A stretch of DNA of 64,000 nucleotides from Octopus sinensis (Eukaryota): positions 119,288,001 to 119,352,000 of the forward strand of contig NC_043001.1 of NCBI RefSeq assembly GCF_006345805.1. The letters are read 5' to 3'. The notes under the pieces are model-generated. The model was not told where the DNA came from and did not search any database. It saw only the letters and a program-made list of their open reading frames with translations. This document shows positions 61,454-64,000 of the stretch, piece after piece (position 1 is the first letter of the stretch; each line of letters starts with the position of its first letter). Both the position numbers and the translations under genes were made by a program.

Positions 61454-62199
61454 TGAGTGAAAAACAATTCTCTGAACGATTAAACGATGTTAGTGATGGA
61501 GTTCATTAAATATTCTCTGCATAAATCGTGTTATTTAAAATCTACAGACATTTTTCCTAAGTTATTTACTCCTACAATTTCGCAACAGATCCTACGGTGA
61601 ATTCTGTTTACTTGTTTTGGTTGAATAATCTCAATGATCAGCAGAAATTCGATTTTAACAGCCTCTTTGATTTCTGCCTGTGATTTCATTTAAATTAAAA
61701 TGATTAAAGATATAGTTCGGGGGAGTCCGCTCGCCACCGTAGATAGTCGATTAATACAGAATGGTTTCTAAAAATAGAGCAACGGTCTGCTTTTAATCTA
61801 TTCTTCGATTTCCTTTTAAGACATAGGTTATGAGAAAAGAATATTTTTAACGATTTTTAACAATGAAATGAAACTAGTGACATGATTTCTCTCCATCTCT
61901 CTCACACACTCTCTCTCTCTCTCTCTCTCTCATACTTACATATACACATGCACACACACATGCACACACACAGATACACACACACTCACTCAAACACACA
62001 CACGCGCACATATTTGGTCAGGAAACCTATGAGAACATTCTGACCAGTTGCATTCCGTAACTAATAATTTATTGTTTGGGTATATGTTAAGTTACGTTGG
62101 TAGCTTATCTTTGTGGCTTCATGATAGCCGAGTTCCCGACTGGAGTATTTACAGTGGGGTTCCACTTGATCCTTTCAAATCAAATTATATATATATTAT

Positions 62200-62248
<49 letters not shown>

Positions 62249-62365
62249 GAAATTTACCGAAAAAGGAAAGACGAAAACAGGTGTATGAACAACGAACAGG
62301 TGTATTAGTTTGACGCTCGGGAAAATGTGAGAAAGTCATTCTCGTTTCGAGCCTCAATATATATA

Positions 62366-62427
<62 letters not shown>

Positions 62428-62680
62428 GTATGTATGTATATGTATGTTTATACACACTAAAGAGAAACAAAGAAACAAAAATGATAAAGGAGCAGAACTG
62501 TCAGTGAGTTATCGGAATCAAAATTAATATTACCTGTATATGAGGAATATACGACGGGAGGTGTAAATATAAAATATGAAATCTTTGAAAATAAAATAAA
62601 CGAGAAAAACAAAATGCACGTAAATAACGTTGAAATAAGTTTAGTTTATAGATTAGAAAGGTAGATAGAAGACAGTTAGG

Positions 62681-62806
62681 TACATACATACATACATACA
62701 TACATACATACATACATACATACATACATACATACATACATACATACATACATACATACATACACACATGTATGCATGTATGCATGCATGCATACGTACA
62801 TACATA
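62681..62806. repeat. (CATA)n microsatellite
   Basis: Seen directly. Confidence 0.95.
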
Positions 62807-63685
62807 CTTTTATAACACAGAAACAGACAGAAAATGAGGTCGGGTAGCGACTGTGAGATAAAACTGCGGTAGGGAATATTTAGAAAAGACTAAACTGAAT
62901 GCAGTTATATATGTTTATATATGTGTATGCGTGTTTTTTTAGTGTGTGAGTATGTGTGTGTGAGTTTGTGTGTGAGTGTGTGTTCATGTATATATATATT
63001 TTTTTACGCCTATATACATCCTCGCATAAAACGCACACACCCTTCATGCACACGTGTATGTGTATGTATACATGCACCTATACATATATATGTATTTATA
63101 TATGCATCTATGTACGTACGCATATATATATATATGTACGTGTGTATATATATATTTATGTGCATATATATGTATATAGGTATAGCAAGATCAAGTGAAC
63201 AGTAAATAAATGAGGAAAGCGTCAATGTTGATATCTTGAAAAACCGTGAGTAAGATACTGCTTTTAAGTTTAATAATGCTTGAAAGAAGATGGCTGATAA
63301 ATTCTAGTTTCTATGATAGACTCAAATTCTGCGATGTGATTTCACCACCGGCTTTTTTTTTTTCTTGGTATTTTTGTTCACTTTGTACGATTTCACATTT
63401 TGGTTTTTACTTTCAAATTATTATTGCAATTTTTAGTGGTCTTTCTTTTTAAATTTGATTTTATTTCTCATGTTCTGAATAGCAAAAATAAAAAAGAAAA
63501 GCAAATCATAAACAAAACCGCTTTTGATTCAAAGAGTCGAGAATTTTCAACGTACACAAGAAAGAATGTAAGCGTTCTGACACGCGCACGCACACCTGCG
63601 GAGACACAGCCTCACAGACATATAAGCACAGTCAGACAAGCACATTTCTACAAGTACGTATATGGGTATTTGTGTATGTATGTGC

Positions 63686-63758
<73 letters not shown>

Positions 63759-64000
63759 GTGTGTGTGTGCTTGTGAGTGTGTATGTATATATATGTGTAT
63801 ATATATATATATATTATATATATAGAGAGAGAGAGAGAGAGAGATTAACGAGTATATATATGCATGTATAAATATATATATATAGATATATATTCATATA
63901 TAAGTATATATCTGTGTATATATATATATGAAAATATATTAGTATATATATGTATATATTTATGTGTATATATACTTCAATATGTATGTATATATATGTT

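Overview
AT-rich eukaryotic (animal) DNA saturated with microsatellites and transposon relics. The SINE families and repeat landscape look like an octopus or other coleoid cephalopod genome; that is my recognition, not a database result. No host protein-coding gene can be supported, and almost all ORFs in the track are microsatellite or antisense artefacts. Readable content: about ten R4/Dong-like restriction-endonuclease LINE fragments of several ages (two ~99% identical copies sit in (TAA)n tracts), CRE-like, L1/Tx1, RTE and CR1/L2 LINE relics, two decayed Penelope elements, Tc1, mariner and maT-like DNA transposons, MITEs and at least three SINE families. The most interesting signals are: minimal hammerhead-ribozyme cores in short non-autonomous Penelope-like repeats; a 324-bp unit with terminal redundancy (retrozyme-like); three long inverted repeats, one nearly identical but with a differentially expanded triplet array; a SINE variant carrying the 3' tail of a Tx1 LINE found in the same window, apparently inserted into its own family; and a duplicated 5' junction of a Dong insertion. 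Coordinates of decayed elements and all identity estimates were read by eye and are approximate.
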